Source: Rhizophagus irregularis (taxonomy: Eukaryota). Taken from it: a stretch of 64,000 nt of DNA. The first letter of the stretch is position 1. Every line of letters begins with the position of its first letter. Below, piece by piece: positions 39,439 through 52,501 of the stretch. The notes under the pieces were generated by a model. The model had not been told where the DNA came from and searched no databases. It saw only the letters and a program-made list of their open reading frames with translations. Position numbers and translations under genes: made by a program. The DNA lies in the NCBI RefSeq assembly GCF_026210795.1, contig NC_089435.1:4030001-4094000 (forward strand), given 5' to 3'.

Positions 39439-41686
39439 TGGCGTTAAATAATTGTAATACAAATATTAATCATTTGAACGACTACTTAACTTTTTACTAC
39501 TTATCATACAAACTTTATTAATAAAAATCGGGAACACTCTTGTCATATATTTTTAGGTAATTTAATGGGAAATTCTAAATGATTGGCTGGAAATATAGTA
39601 GTAAATCATTTTATACAAATCCTACAAACCCGAAGTGATGTAATTAAATGTTATAATCTGGCATCAATTTTTTTTATTCATTTCTGCGTGAAATATCCGA
39701 TTTTTTTTTCATATTTAGTTAGCTTTTCTCCAGTTCGGACTTCGGAGTTCGGTTAAGTAGTAATTATTGAAATTTCCCAAAGGATCAAAATATTTCCTTC
39801 ATATGTAAATTGTAATTATTATGGTTTGGGATTATAATTATTATATGTTCAAACAAAGGAAATTATATATTAACTAATATAAAATCACACATTAGGGGTT
39901 TCTAAATATTACAGCATACAGCATATTTACATTTCAATCTGCGCAGCAATCTGGCAAAGTGATCGACATTGATCACCTGAGAATTTCTTACTTTTTTGAG
40001 ACGCGTATTGTTTGATTTCTCCTTAATTCTTATACAGGATAAAAATCTATACCTCCAAATGGGATAATAATTAAGGATCTCTTACTTTATATAGTTTGAT
40101 CATACTTTCGCAATTATTCGGCTTTTTATACATAAAAATTGGATGAAACCAAATAAAGGGGTACAGGATAATATCTGTACCTCCTAAGGATCCTCTTAAA
40201 TTTTATGTTTTTTAAACTACTTATGGTCATTCAGAAAATATTTTCATCAAAGAAGTTTTAATTACCAAGTATTGAAGTTCATCCAGTTTTTTAACTCGTA
40301 TGAACCGCAGGGATATCCTGTTCATTCCCCATATATAATTATAACCAGCGATTTTTCAGTGAACTTTCTGATGAATTCTGGTTAGGAACAAGTAATTGAT
40401 TGATCTTAATTATGATAATACTTTGTACATTGTTAATACATTAAATTTATATTTACATTTCTTTTTTTTTAGATCGCTTATTTGTTATTGATGAATTACA
40501 GTCTTACTTTTCAATACATTCATTAGGGGAAGGAATAAAACCATCTCTAACATCCTACAAGAAATGAGTGATCAGTAAAACTGAGTGAGGATTTGTAAGG
40601 TCACACATCTACCAGTTTCGTGGACATGAGTAGCTCGCTTAAGTATCAACATTACCACAGTATCCGCCATAAAAGCCGTCGAGATAACCAATACCATTTG
40701 GAAAGGATTCAAAGAATTATGCAGAAATGGACAAATTGATGTAATAATTCCCAATATTTAAAGAGAAGGAGATCCAAACTAAGATTTGCCATTTCTTCCG
40801 GAAAGAGGAGGTATCGAATCACCACTTGGGCATTATATTGAACCTTAACTGGATTGCCTCAAACATATCTGTGCAAGAATACAATTCTTTTATGAAAGAG
40901 AAGACCCTTGCAGATATATTTACGATAGACTTTATCATGTTTCGATAGATTGTTGAATGCTAACTATAAATGTTGCAATCGATTTATACGATGTTCAACA
41001 GATGGTTTTAATGAGTCAAGAAAAATAAATTTGACAGATAATGTCAACCTTATAATCTTTAAGGTCAATAAAGATAAATGTTCAGCAGTCATTTCAACAC
41101 GATTTGTAAATTATCATACTATTATACTTATAAATTCTTTTATTCATATAAAAATATTTCATCTTCAATTTATTTTAACACAAATAAATAAAAAAAAAAT
41201 ATTTTTTTTTAAAAAAGGCTATTTATTTATTAATTGATTATTTGATTACAAGAGAATAATCATAAATAAAATTATCTTTTTGTAACGTATAAGATTTAAA
41301 CTCATTCAATTAAAATATTTAAACCTTCTTTTTACATTATAAACTCCCGGTTAATTCTTTCTTCTTCATTCCTTCTTCTTGTCATATCAATAAGAAAAAA
41401 GACCATGCTATAACAGAAAAAAAAAAGTATTATTAACGGGTAGTTAGTATACTAATGATTTTGTTATTTAAAATTTATTTAAGAAAATGACCTCATAAAA
41501 TACCACTACTTATTTACTTTCATTATTATTTTCAATATTGTAAATTTTTTTTTTTTAAATCATAGGTTATTCTTTTTTAAGAATATAAGAATATAACAAA
41601 AGTAACTTACGTATTGGATTGAATTTAATTCGCAAAAAATATCAATTCGATACTTTTTTACTTCAACGATAGATGAAACGGTATAA

Positions 41687-42142
41687 AAATTCCAATCGCT
41701 CGGCCAGAATACTAGGAAGCAGATTCGAAGCTTGCGTGTTTTGTCAATTAACAACGAAATTTTCGAAACCACCACATGATCTAAATAAATTGGACTTCGC
41801 ACTTGCTCAGATTGGTGCAGAATATTATCTTCCAATCTCAATACATGGTAATTGACATAGCTATCAGCCTTCAAACAGAAAAGAATCTTCATCTTGATGA
41901 TTTAGCACAGATTATTTATAATGCATTCAAATTCCATCGGGAAGGTTCCGTAATATTCAAAGAATCAGATTCGATGCTTGCGTGTTTTTGTCAATTTAAC
42001 AACGAAATTTTCGAACCACCACATGATCTAAATAAATTGGACTTCGCACTTGCTCAGATTGGTGCAGAATATGATCTTCTACCTCAATACATGGTAATTG
42101 ATAATAGCTATCAGCCTTCAAATAGAAAAGAATCTTCATCTT
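41687..42142. repeat. Tandem duplication (~245-bp offset) of a decayed coding fragment
   Basis: CAGATTCGA..ACCACCACATGATCTAAATAAATTGGACTTCGCACTTGCTCAG..AAAGAATCTTCATCTTG occurs twice. Confidence 0.85.
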
Positions 42143-42178
42143 GGGGAAAGAAAAGGGTTGTTGCGCTTTAAAAACAGG

Positions 42179-42915
42179 TCATGCATAAATTAACTGACCA
42201 GATATCAAATTAAATATATTGATAGCACTTACACGTATCCACAACTTGAGGTTAGCGATCCAGATAATGCTCAATAAATCCTCGTCAGCAGAAAAATGAA
42301 TAACTTTACGCTCCGTCACAATCTCTACTATATCAGCTTCTAACGTTGCACTCTGGGAACTTGAACTTGCCTGGTCTAATTTTCTACGCATTTTACCCGT
42401 CGAAATTTTTCTCTTCAAGCCAGCGCCCCCTATTACACTACCTATTACAATATGCTCGTTTTCCGTCCCATCCGAAAATGTGAAATATTCACAAAGCTTC
42501 TTTTAAAACCTTCCAACGTCACCATTTTTCAGGTCACTGTCCATTGAAAATTCACACTCTTACGCCCATACGTTGCGTGCAGTGAACTTCTTTCGTCTCA
42601 ACAGGATAATATGTTTGTGTTCGTCAGCTGACTGAGAGGGAAAGTGTTGCTAATTTTCGAAAGTGGAAGCAGTTCCTCTCCACCAAACTCCTCTTTAATA
42701 TTAATGTTTAATTTTGTGTTGACGAGATTAAGTTTTTCGTTTTCTTCTTCGAGGGAAATGTCGACCTTCCATAACTTAAGGTTTTTTGCCTTAACATTAT
42801 CGTCAATTTCCTCCTTGATAGCTTTCCTGAGTTCACTAACCGCCTCAGTTTTATTAACTTTTACGTTAAAACATTTACATAACAGATAAGGGTTTTTTCC
42901 TGCAACCAAACATAG
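42179..42915 (-). pseudogene. Crinkler (CRN) N-terminal ubiquitin-like domain pseudogene
   Basis: LCLVAG..FNVKVNKTEAVSELRKAIKEE..AKNLKLWKVDI..GGEELLPLSKIS, frameshift before the HI(I/L) motif. Confidence 0.8.
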
Positions 42916-44149
42916 CGCTTTTATAGGATTGGCTCGGATAAGCAAAATGCACCCCTTTTGTGTGCCAGGTTCCAGCAAATTGCGTCACACCCTTCCTTGT
43001 TTACATGCGAGGTGTGAAATCCTACTGTCACACATTATATGTCATATAGAATTTCTTAATGCCGGCCGTTTCGTGACATTTTTGTAGAAATTTTTTTAAC
43101 AATATATAACTTCAAAAATTACTAGATAGATGTAATTTTGGCTGCTCTTCGAGTTTACTTAGAGCGACAAAGGCAAATTTAAATATCATTATTGACTTAT
43201 TTTTTCTTTCACGAAATCCATTTTTGGAAACGATCGACAAAGAGGTAGAAATCAATCATTCATATGTAAAGTCAAAATCGGCATTCGTAACCTTCTTCCG
43301 AATCCTAAGTAAACTTGCAGAGCGGGCGAAATTACATTTACAATATAAGTTTAAAAATATCATGTTAAAGAAAAATCCTTAATGATGTTTTTTAAAAAAA
43401 TTTGCTGTGCCATGAATCTGGCACACAAGCTATTACAGTGAAAACGCAGTGGGGTGATGGGGTGATGTCGGTGAATATTAGATCACGTGGGCTGAGAATT
43501 GATGATATCACATGATATTATCCAATCATAACATAATAAATGAAAAAACGCGTTCCTTACTTCCTTTATGTTTTATTCCTCTCTGTTTCTTGGACCATAC
43601 GCTTACCTCTTTATGCGTTTATTAATCCAATTTTACTATAGTATAAGGGTATAAAGGTAAGTCTTCGCTTTTTTTAGACTATACACTCACCTTTTCTTGC
43701 ATTTTTTCGTCTAGATTTACGACGTATAGGGTAAGCCTTCATCTTATTCCTCTTTTTAGATTATGTGTTTCTCTTGTATTTCTTTATCTAGATTTACTAC
43801 GGTATAAAAGTAATTCTTCGCTTTATTCTTCTCTGCTTTTTCTAGAATATGTACATTTTATTTACTATGGTATAAAGGTAAATCACTTTATTCTTCTTTT
43901 TTTTTGAACTGCATACTTACCTTTTTTTTGGTGAGCTCGGTTTCTGTACACGTGATTTTGCTGGTGACTTGTTACAAATAGGTTTTACGCTTCTACTTCG
44001 GATTACTTACCTTTTTTTAGATTGGCGAGCTCAGTTTCTGTACACGTGATTTTGCTGGTGACTGGTTACAAATAGGTTTTACGTTTCTACTTCGGATAAA
44101 AGGTTGACTTTATATATTTTTAGGATCCTTCGCTAGTTGGAATTTGAAA

Positions 44150-45215
44150 CCTGGAGTTTGGAAACTGATGGGTGGAGTCTGGAAACTTATGGGTGGAGTC
44201 TGGAAACTGATGGGTGGAGTCTGGAAACCGATGGGTGGAGTCTGGAAACTGATGGGTGGAGTCTGGAAACCGATGGGTGGAGTCTGGAAACCGATGGGTG
44301 GAGTCTGGAAACCGATGGGTGGAGTCTGGAAACCGATGGGTGGAGTCTGGAAACTGATGGGTGGAGTCTGGAAACCGATGGGTGGAGTCTGGAAACCGAT
44401 GGGTGGAGTCTGGAAACCGATGGGTGGAGTCTGGAAACTGATGGGTGGAGTCTGGAAACCGATGGGTGGAGTCTGGAAACCGATGGGTGGAGTCTGGAAA
44501 CCGATGGGTGGAGTCTGGAAACTGATGGGTGGAGTCTGGAAACCGATGGGTGGAGTCTGGAAACCGATGGGTGGAGTCTGGAAACTGATGGGTGGAGTCT
44601 GGAAACCGATGGGTGGAGTCTGGAAACCGATGGGTGGAGTCTGGAAACTGATGGGTGGAGTCTGGAAACCGATGGGTGGAGTCTGGAAACCGATGGGTGG
44701 AGTCTGGAAACCGATGGGTGGAGCCTGGAATGGGCAAAATCTGGCGGTGGATGGGCGAAATCTGGCGGTGGATGGGCAAAATCTGGCGGTGGATGGGCAA
44801 AATCTGGCGGTGGATGGGCAAAATCTGGCGGTGGATGGGCAAAATCTGGCGGTGGATGGGCGAAATCTGGCGGTGGATGGGCGAAATCTGGCGGTGGATG
44901 GGCAAAATCTGGCGGTGGATGGGCGAAATCTGGCGGTGGATGGGCAAAATCTGGCGGTGGATGGGCGAAATCTGGCGGTGGATGGGCAAAATCTGGCGGT
45001 GGATGGGCAAAATCTGGCGGTGGATGGGCAAAATCTGGCGGTGGATGGGCGAAATCTGGCGGTGGATGGGCGAAATCTGGCGGTGGATGGGCGAAATCTG
45101 GCGGTGGATGGGCAAAATCTGGCGGTGGATGGGCAAAATCTGGCGGTGGATGGGCGAAATCTGGCGGTGGATGGGCAAAACCTGGCGGTGGATGGGCGAA
45201 ATCTGGCGAAACCTG
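44150..45215 (+). repeat. Bipartite G-rich 21-bp tandem array
   Basis: ~27 x GGAAACYGATGGGTGGAGTCT then ~23 x GGCGGTGGATGGGCRAAATCT, junction at ~44725. Confidence 0.97.
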
Positions 45216-46986
45216 GTGGAAGAGTGAAATCTGGTGATGAACTTAGATAAAACGGAAGGCAGATGGGACCTTCGACTTAGAGTATGAATATGTTTATGGT
45301 ATGTCGTGACAGGTGAGATTTTTTTCAGAGCATTACTAACGCATAGTCCTAATTTTTTATGTAAACAGCAAACGATTCCGAAAGTACCGAAGGTATCTAC
45401 TGTACGAATATCGAATCTCACTAACAGAAGACATACTCAGGGACTCAACCGAATTACGCAAGAACGTGAGGAGGATTTTGAAGGTTATAGTGGGTTTGTT
45501 AAAGGATAGGGTATCAGCTAGTGAAGAACCCACAAATAAGAAACGCTGTATAGAAGAGTCAATCAAGAAAAATAAGCATGTATAAATAGTATAGTGAATT
45601 CGTCATGTATCACGGGCAAAGTCCCGAACCTTTGTATGGTGTAAGTAAACTATACTCAACAATAAAATTATAGTACTTAAAATCATAAAATTTCAAAAAA
45701 TAAATTTTAAAGAAAATAAATTTCCAACTTCGACCTTTACGTGAATGATCCTCAGGAAAAGAATCCCATGGAACAGGATCAAATCCACATTTTCATAAAA
45801 CCTAGGAGTAAATTAGTATTTTTATTTGTATCATTTTATCATCGCAACTTTATGTATCAGTTGCTTTTTTTTTATGTCTGATTTTTATTTCATTTATTTA
45901 TTTATTTATTTCATTTCTGAAAGAGTAGTTTACTAAGCCTATTACAAATAAAAGCAGATGGTACTTTCGTACGAAATAACTATTATGTGTGTACAGATCT
46001 CAGAAATTCATCCCATACAGGACCTCACTCTTCGATCAAAACTATTTGAAAAAGTAGTACTACGCTAAATGGGGAACCAAAATACAATCCAGAGACCAAA
46101 ACCGCCAGACCCGTATTTTTCTTTCGCCCGGAGACGTTACCTGTAAATACTGTAAGAGGTAAAATGATTCACACTATTTTAAGTTGTTTAGTAAAGGTTA
46201 ATTTGATTAAACTCTCTGCTTTTATTTCATAAATAAAGTATTATTTTAGAAAAGCGAGTCACGTGTAATTGGGGACTAATAAAATCAAATCAATTTTTTG
46301 TGATCATCTATTAAAATTGATGTATTTTTAAACTTCCTAAGCTCTTCCCATTATTTACATTGTATATTTCTGCAGGAACATTCCAAACAATCATCTCTTT
46401 CACATAACATCTTTCTTTTTCTCTCCAAGGATACTCCCACTATAAATAACCCCTTAGCTGCTTCTCAAAAAATTTTCTTTGTTGTTTTTCGAAAAGCGAG
46501 GTGTTACATTGTTTTTAAAGTTATTATGTATGTTTTTAACATTTTAGTATTACATAAAGACAAATCAGGCACAGTTTTTTAACATTTTAGTATTACATAA
46601 AGACAAATAAGGCAAGTTTTTTACGATTTCGGGAAAACGCCTTCTATTTCAAGGAGTTCTCGACAATTAAAAAAAGCACGTGAAACACAAGTTAAAATTA
46701 TAAGAAAAGAAATTCATTCCCAAAGAAAAAATCAAGAGAAGTTCTTTCAAAGATGCAAGAAAATCAACTAAATGAGATTCGGGCATCACATCCCTTTGAA
46801 AAAATGTTTGGTAAATGAAATTTAAATATTTGTATACAAGATTAATACATTTTTTCAATAATAAATTTATTACAATTATAAATATAAATAAAAAGTACCG
46901 GCGAAATTAATGTGTTAAATATTGATTGTTTGATTTATTAGTCCTGTGCGACATAAAAACATATAATAACGCTTTCTTTTTCCCAG

Positions 46987-47935
46987 AGGGATAAATATAA
47001 AGAATTTAAAGAATTTGATCTTTTTATTAATAAGTTTATCGCAATAATGAGCAATCCAAAACGTACGATTTCATCAATTATAAACAACGCTAAGTCGAGA
47101 GATTATTTCGAGACCAAAATAGGAAGAAGTTTCGATAATAATAGGATAAAGTTTTTATCACGTATGTTTTATTAATACTCATTAATTAATAGTTTCACAA
47201 TGTTTCATGAGCAATGTTTTTTTCTTTACCCTTCTAATAAAGCTAGGAATAACAAAGGATATTGTCAAGCCTTCGATATTAAGACTTGTGGATTGGAGTG
47301 TCGAATAAAGTCATATATGACTTATCCACTATGCGCGAAGCATGATAGACCTAAGTTTGTCGCTGCAATTCACGCCAAAGAATACTTGAGCTCCATGCCT
47401 ATATACTCATCTTTGTCTGACGAATTCATAAACGATTTATCAACTTATTTTACTGAACGGTGTCTCGATCTTAAGCGTCCTATTGAAGAAGGCATGTTTT
47501 ACGTTATGCATAGAGTTGGTAAGTATATAAATGAAACACATAAAAATTATAGTTTAATAAGTTTAATAATTATTAACTCAATTAGATATTGAAAATCACC
47601 CGGAACTTTTTAAAATTGGTCTCGATATTGCTGACGAAAATTGTGATTTTGAAGATCGTATCTCAAAACATGAGGAAGGCTTTTGCAGAGCGGTTTTCGC
47701 AGAAGGATATGTTACTCCTATCCATTCTGATTGCCGTTTAGTTGACGGAGTAATTAAAAAACTGTTGGCCGCATCACGAGTTGAATTTAAATGTAATTGT
47801 ACCACTAAACATATCGAATATTATGATGTTACGGCATTATCTGTATTTGAACGTGTTGAAAATTGGATTTGTAATAATCCGACGGGTCCAATAACAGAAA
47901 GGATCCAGAATACAATGTCCCTTTCCCACACTTAG
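46987..47935 (+). CDS. T5orf172/MUG113 (GIY-YIG-related) domain protein, last three exons (46987-47161, 47243-47518, 47586-47935); 5' part unresolved
   Basis: Spliced frame gives CQAFDIKTCGLECR..LCAKH, GMFYVMH..LFKIG..RISKH..C..RLVDGVIKKLL..CNCTTKHIEYY. Confidence 0.65.
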
Positions 47936-48559
47936 TTCCTTACATTTTTTTTTCAAAAAAAATTGATTACAAGTTTATTTTTTATATATCAAAATTAATT
48001 TGCTTGTTTATATAAATATAAAATAAAAGTTTAGCTATCAAAAATTCAGTATCATGGTCATAATTAAAGAATTTTATAGTATAATTAAGATTCTGTGAAA
48101 GTTTGGTGTTTGTAAAGTCATAACACTCCGTTCTTTTGTAAAAATATTATTTATCCTCAGCTACGCTTCGGATATGATCCCGCAGTTCATACCATACAAT
48201 CCTAATCAGGTTCCAAGTAAGGCAGAGGTCGAGGAGTATGACGCTAACAATGAGAAGATGAAGTCTCGGCTTTTGCGAAAGAGGATAAGACGAAAAGAGC
48301 GGAGGTAGATAAACCGGTGGACAGGCCTAAGAATTATTGGGTAATCGATGGAGGGTAAGTTTTTTTTTAGGATAGTCTTCTTGAATGTGGGTTTTTTGCT
48401 GGATATCGCAGATAGTAAATTTTTTACAAAAAATGTACGTGTGTGCCACGATGTTAAATTTAACCAGCAAAATGACCATTTCAATTTGGGGTGTAATTTT
48501 TATTTTTTGGAATTAATTTTCAACAGTGTAAAGGAACTAAAGGAGTGGTATGGATCTTC

Positions 48560-49158
48560 CCCAGTATCACCGGAGCAGTCAATCCCGCAGACCCGCACCC
48601 GTGATAAAAATAGTTTACTATTTTTAGCATCGCCTCAAAATTAATCTGGGGGCAAGTTTACTTATTATATCTTTTTAAAATATTTATTTAAGTTATGCGC
48701 GTTAACCGCGTTTTTTTTTGTTTTTTTTCTTGTAAAAAAATAAAAAAATAAAATATTCTAAGTCTTTATTTTTTTTTTATTTTTTTCTTTCTTCATTTGA
48801 ATATTTTATATATTTTATGTATAATATATTATGTTTTTTTTAATAAAAATATTTTTTTATAATTATTTCAAATATTTCTAACGAAAAATACCTTTTATTT
48901 AATCAGTTTCATTGTAATATTTTATATTTAATAAAGAAAAAAATATATTATAATATAAATAGATCAAAACACGAAAATAAAAGTATTAAATCGTGTGTTA
49001 TAAAATTATTACATTTTTACTTATAGAAATAAAAAAAACTTGAAAAAAACGCGCAACTAATAAATGATAAAAATAAAGTAAACTTTCCCCAAATTGTGAT
49101 GCTAAAAATAGTAAACTATTTTTATCACGGGTACGGGATTAGTGACGGTGATACTGGG
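48560..49158. mobile_element. MITE with CCC ends and long imperfect TIRs
   Basis: CCCAGTATCACCG..CCCGTGATAAAAATAGTTTACTATTTTTAGCATC and its reverse complement at 49099-49158; no exact TSD. Confidence 0.75.
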
Positions 49159-49330
49159 TAAATTCAGATTTCGGTGACGTGCGTGATTAATAATAAAATT
49201 GTAATTAAAAAAGTTCTTGAAATATAAGTATAATATCTATTGTATAATAAATAATAAAATAAATTTATTGTAAAGTTTATATTTGCAACTGTTGTAAACT
49301 TGTAATTCGTGTTTTTACTAATTTTATAAA

Positions 49331-50150
49331 ATGGATGTCCGTCCCCTTCGTGATACCCTTCGAAAATGTAGAAACAGAGAAAATGAAACACCTGATCAAT
49401 GGCAACAACGTCTGGAACGTGATAGAATGTCTAAACGTATTAAAAGAGCGAGTGAAAATGCCCAACAACGTGAGAAGCGACTGAGTAATAATCGTGTATG
49501 AAAACAAAATAGACGCCTTACTGATCGCATCAACCGCCAGGGTGCTGCTCGTTCGCAAGTCATCGGTGACCATTGTCTTCCCGAATCTGACTGAAAAACT
49601 CTTACACAATTTCGTTCAAAGATTGATAAGTTGTCTAATAATTTCTGTCCCGTATGCAATGAATGTTTCCCTTCCATCAAGATTGTGCAAGGTGAACGTC
49701 ACCACTGTCACATGGAAAGGAATGAAGTCAAAAAGTTCTCTGCAAAAAAATTAGATGTTGATCGCTCAAATTTTTCTGATCTCCGTATACTGTCTTCGTG
49801 GTGGTCAACATGCATATCGTGGTAATGTGATAAATTTCCCCTAGGATGTGCAGGAATTTGCTACACATCTACCTCACCGTCCTTCGTCACTTGATGTTCT
49901 TGCCGTGCATCATTGCTCTTCTGATGTTAGAGCATTTAAAGATTTCAACGTACGTCGTTCCGTGGTATCTTGTGCTCTTTACTGGTTGAAAAATAACAAT
50001 CATTATCATTCGAATATTGACATTGACAAATAACTATACAAATGCTTTACAAATAGATATACAAAATAAACTGGGTAAAAATAATCTTCTATTTAGAAAG
50101 GTTTTGGGATCATCATTGCCTGAAAATGGACCGCTCGATGATCAGATTCT
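49331..50150 (+). pseudogene. Helitron-like Rep/helicase N-terminal fragment (DUF6570-like)
   Basis: ETPDQWQQRLERDR, CPVCNECFPS, YCLRGGQHAYRGNVINFP*DVQEFATHLP, FNVRRSVVSCALYWLKNNNHY. Confidence 0.75.
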
Positions 50151-50329
50151 CCGACTACTGTAAAATATCATCGGTGACAATTGTTCACTTTTGCTAAGAA
50201 AAAATTTTTATTGATGCATGTGAAAATTAAATACAATGATCGGGACTATTGCCCGGATTACATGACGATTTTTTTTCTATGCTAGTGTCTTTACAATTAT
50301 TTTTCGAACAAGACAAGACTATCTAATTT

Positions 50330-51150
50330 ATCTTCTGTTTTACCCGCTTTTCATCACCCACTGATGATTTTTGCTGATCAAAAACCCACTTGATTTGCCC
50401 AAATAATTTCTTGATAGGTTCCAACTAGATCGTCGCGGGATAATGATGGGTAGTTGATAGGTAGAGATGTAGGCATAGGCGAACACAAAAAAACTTCGAC
50501 CGGATTCCCATCATCATTATCATTTCTGTCTCCGATACCACATTGAACTTTTGATATTACCGGTCAACACTTGAAATTGAATATAAAATAAGAGTAACTA
50601 AATTTTAACTAAGTAGAAATTTAAGTCACACCTATCGAATTGGTTTTACAAACATACCAATTGAGACAAAGCAGTACATTACATCAGCATCATCATAAGT
50701 AGATGCATGTGCTTGGAGCCTTGGACAGTACTCTGAGCAACACCTTGATTAATATCTTCTCGTTTTGCCTCGGTTACAGAAATAATTGTGTCTCCCATTT
50801 TGATTACCCAATCAATGGAGACTTCATACTGGGAGTAACCTTTTACAGTACCATCAAAAATGGACGCCACACCATATATAATCGCGGAAATAAATTCACA
50901 GCGGGTGGCCTCATTCGCGCTAGTGATGGGGAAGCCTTATGCATTCTTAAAAAATCCTCAATCACACTGTTCCTGATCTCTTCCGGAGTTGCTGTATGAA
51001 ATTTCATAACACTCACTTTCAATATTATCATCAATCAACAGTGGGTTCATATCTTTCATATCTGTTGCTAGCTATTGTTCCGCCACTCATCGAACAACAA
51101 TCCTACTATCACTCCTTAAGATAAACTTTTATATTCATTCCACTTGAATG
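50330..51150 (-). pseudogene. Crinkler-type restriction-endonuclease-fold pseudogene
   Basis: IDWVIKMGDTIISVTEAKREDINQGVAQSTVQ; frameshifted neighbouring fragments. Confidence 0.6.
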
Positions 51151-52501
51151 ATCTCTTCATTAATTGACTTAAGCGAGGTTAACCATTCAATCCTATTCAA
51201 TATATCTATGAGCAATTGACAAAATGTCACAAAGCAGTAGTTTTATCATCTTGATGCTCGGCTTCATCACAACTTCCACCTTTTTTGGTCTTCATTTAAA
51301 TAAATCAGTATAAGTTGTAAGTAATATATTGTGAATATTGTAACGATAAATCTATGAATTCAAAAACAATATACGGTTACAATTGCGTTTTTTTTTAAAA
51401 AACAAATGCATACATAAATTCTACCATTGATGATATCCGGAATCGATACAACAAGAACAATTGATTAGATAATATGGTTGAATATTAATGAAAAAAAAAC
51501 GTTTTAATTATGTTAAATATTTTTATTGCAACCTAAATTACTTACAACTAGTAAAAAACCGATTTTTAATTCTTTTCTCCATTTGTTTAATTTTGTCATA
51601 AGACCAGCTCAAAACATCTAAAAGCTTCTTTATGAAAATAATCAGGAAATATAGTATAGTCTAAGACTGAGATTTGACAATCCAATACTGACAGAACTTA
51701 TCATTGCCATCATCCATAGATGCAGTGTTTAATAGACCTAAGTTGATTTTTAATTCAGAGTATGTGTGCGATTCATTAGATCATGCTGGTCTGAATTATG
51801 ATAATTGTATAACATTCAAATTAATTAAGTAAAGTAAACAATATATACGATATGTGGGAAATAAGCGCGATTTCAGCAATTCCATCTTCATGTGGAATAT
51901 TCCACTAGAACTTTTTAATAACCATCAAGCAAAGTTAGTTTGGATGAATAATTAAAACTACTATAAAATCCTGACCAATATTGAGTAGAAAGACGTAATG
52001 TATTGTAAAGGTTGCTTGATGATTTAATCAAAGAGACGACCAGAACATTTGCAGGAGAATGAATTGATTTGAGTTATGATAAAATACGAAGGAGAAGCCT
52101 AAAATCAAGAGAAGCAATATTTATTTTTGATGAAGAAAGGAAAAAAAGAGAGAAAAGATATTTAAGTAACACTTACGGTGAGACATAGCTGCACCAGTGA
52201 AAAACTCGAATTTTATTTTTGCGTTTATCGGTAAAACGGGTTTATAACCTGTAACTCCAGCGTACTAATTACTGCCAACCGAAATACTCTTATTTTCTAC
52301 GATCACAAAAGAACAAGCCCGAAATTTGCTTTCATATCAGGTAGGTTTAGATTCTTCGGAATTCGTGAAATGTCAGACGGTTGCAAAAAAAATTTGCGGT
52401 GTGCATGTACAGTAAATATAGGTGCAACGTTGTGTTACCGAACAGTAGAAGTAATTTTCGTCAGTTTTTAAATATTTAATTTTTTTCTTTTTGTAAATAA
52501 T

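Noticed and set aside
40560..40940. Possible gene fragment
   Set aside because: Multiple stops in the frames examined and no recognisable motif.
44150..45215. Telomeric repeat tract
   Set aside because: Internal location, two different 21-mers, no TTAGGG-type unit.
44120..45421. 433-aa minus-strand and other overlapping ORFs as confident genes
   Set aside because: Stop-free 21-bp repeats open several frames trivially; no independent coding evidence.
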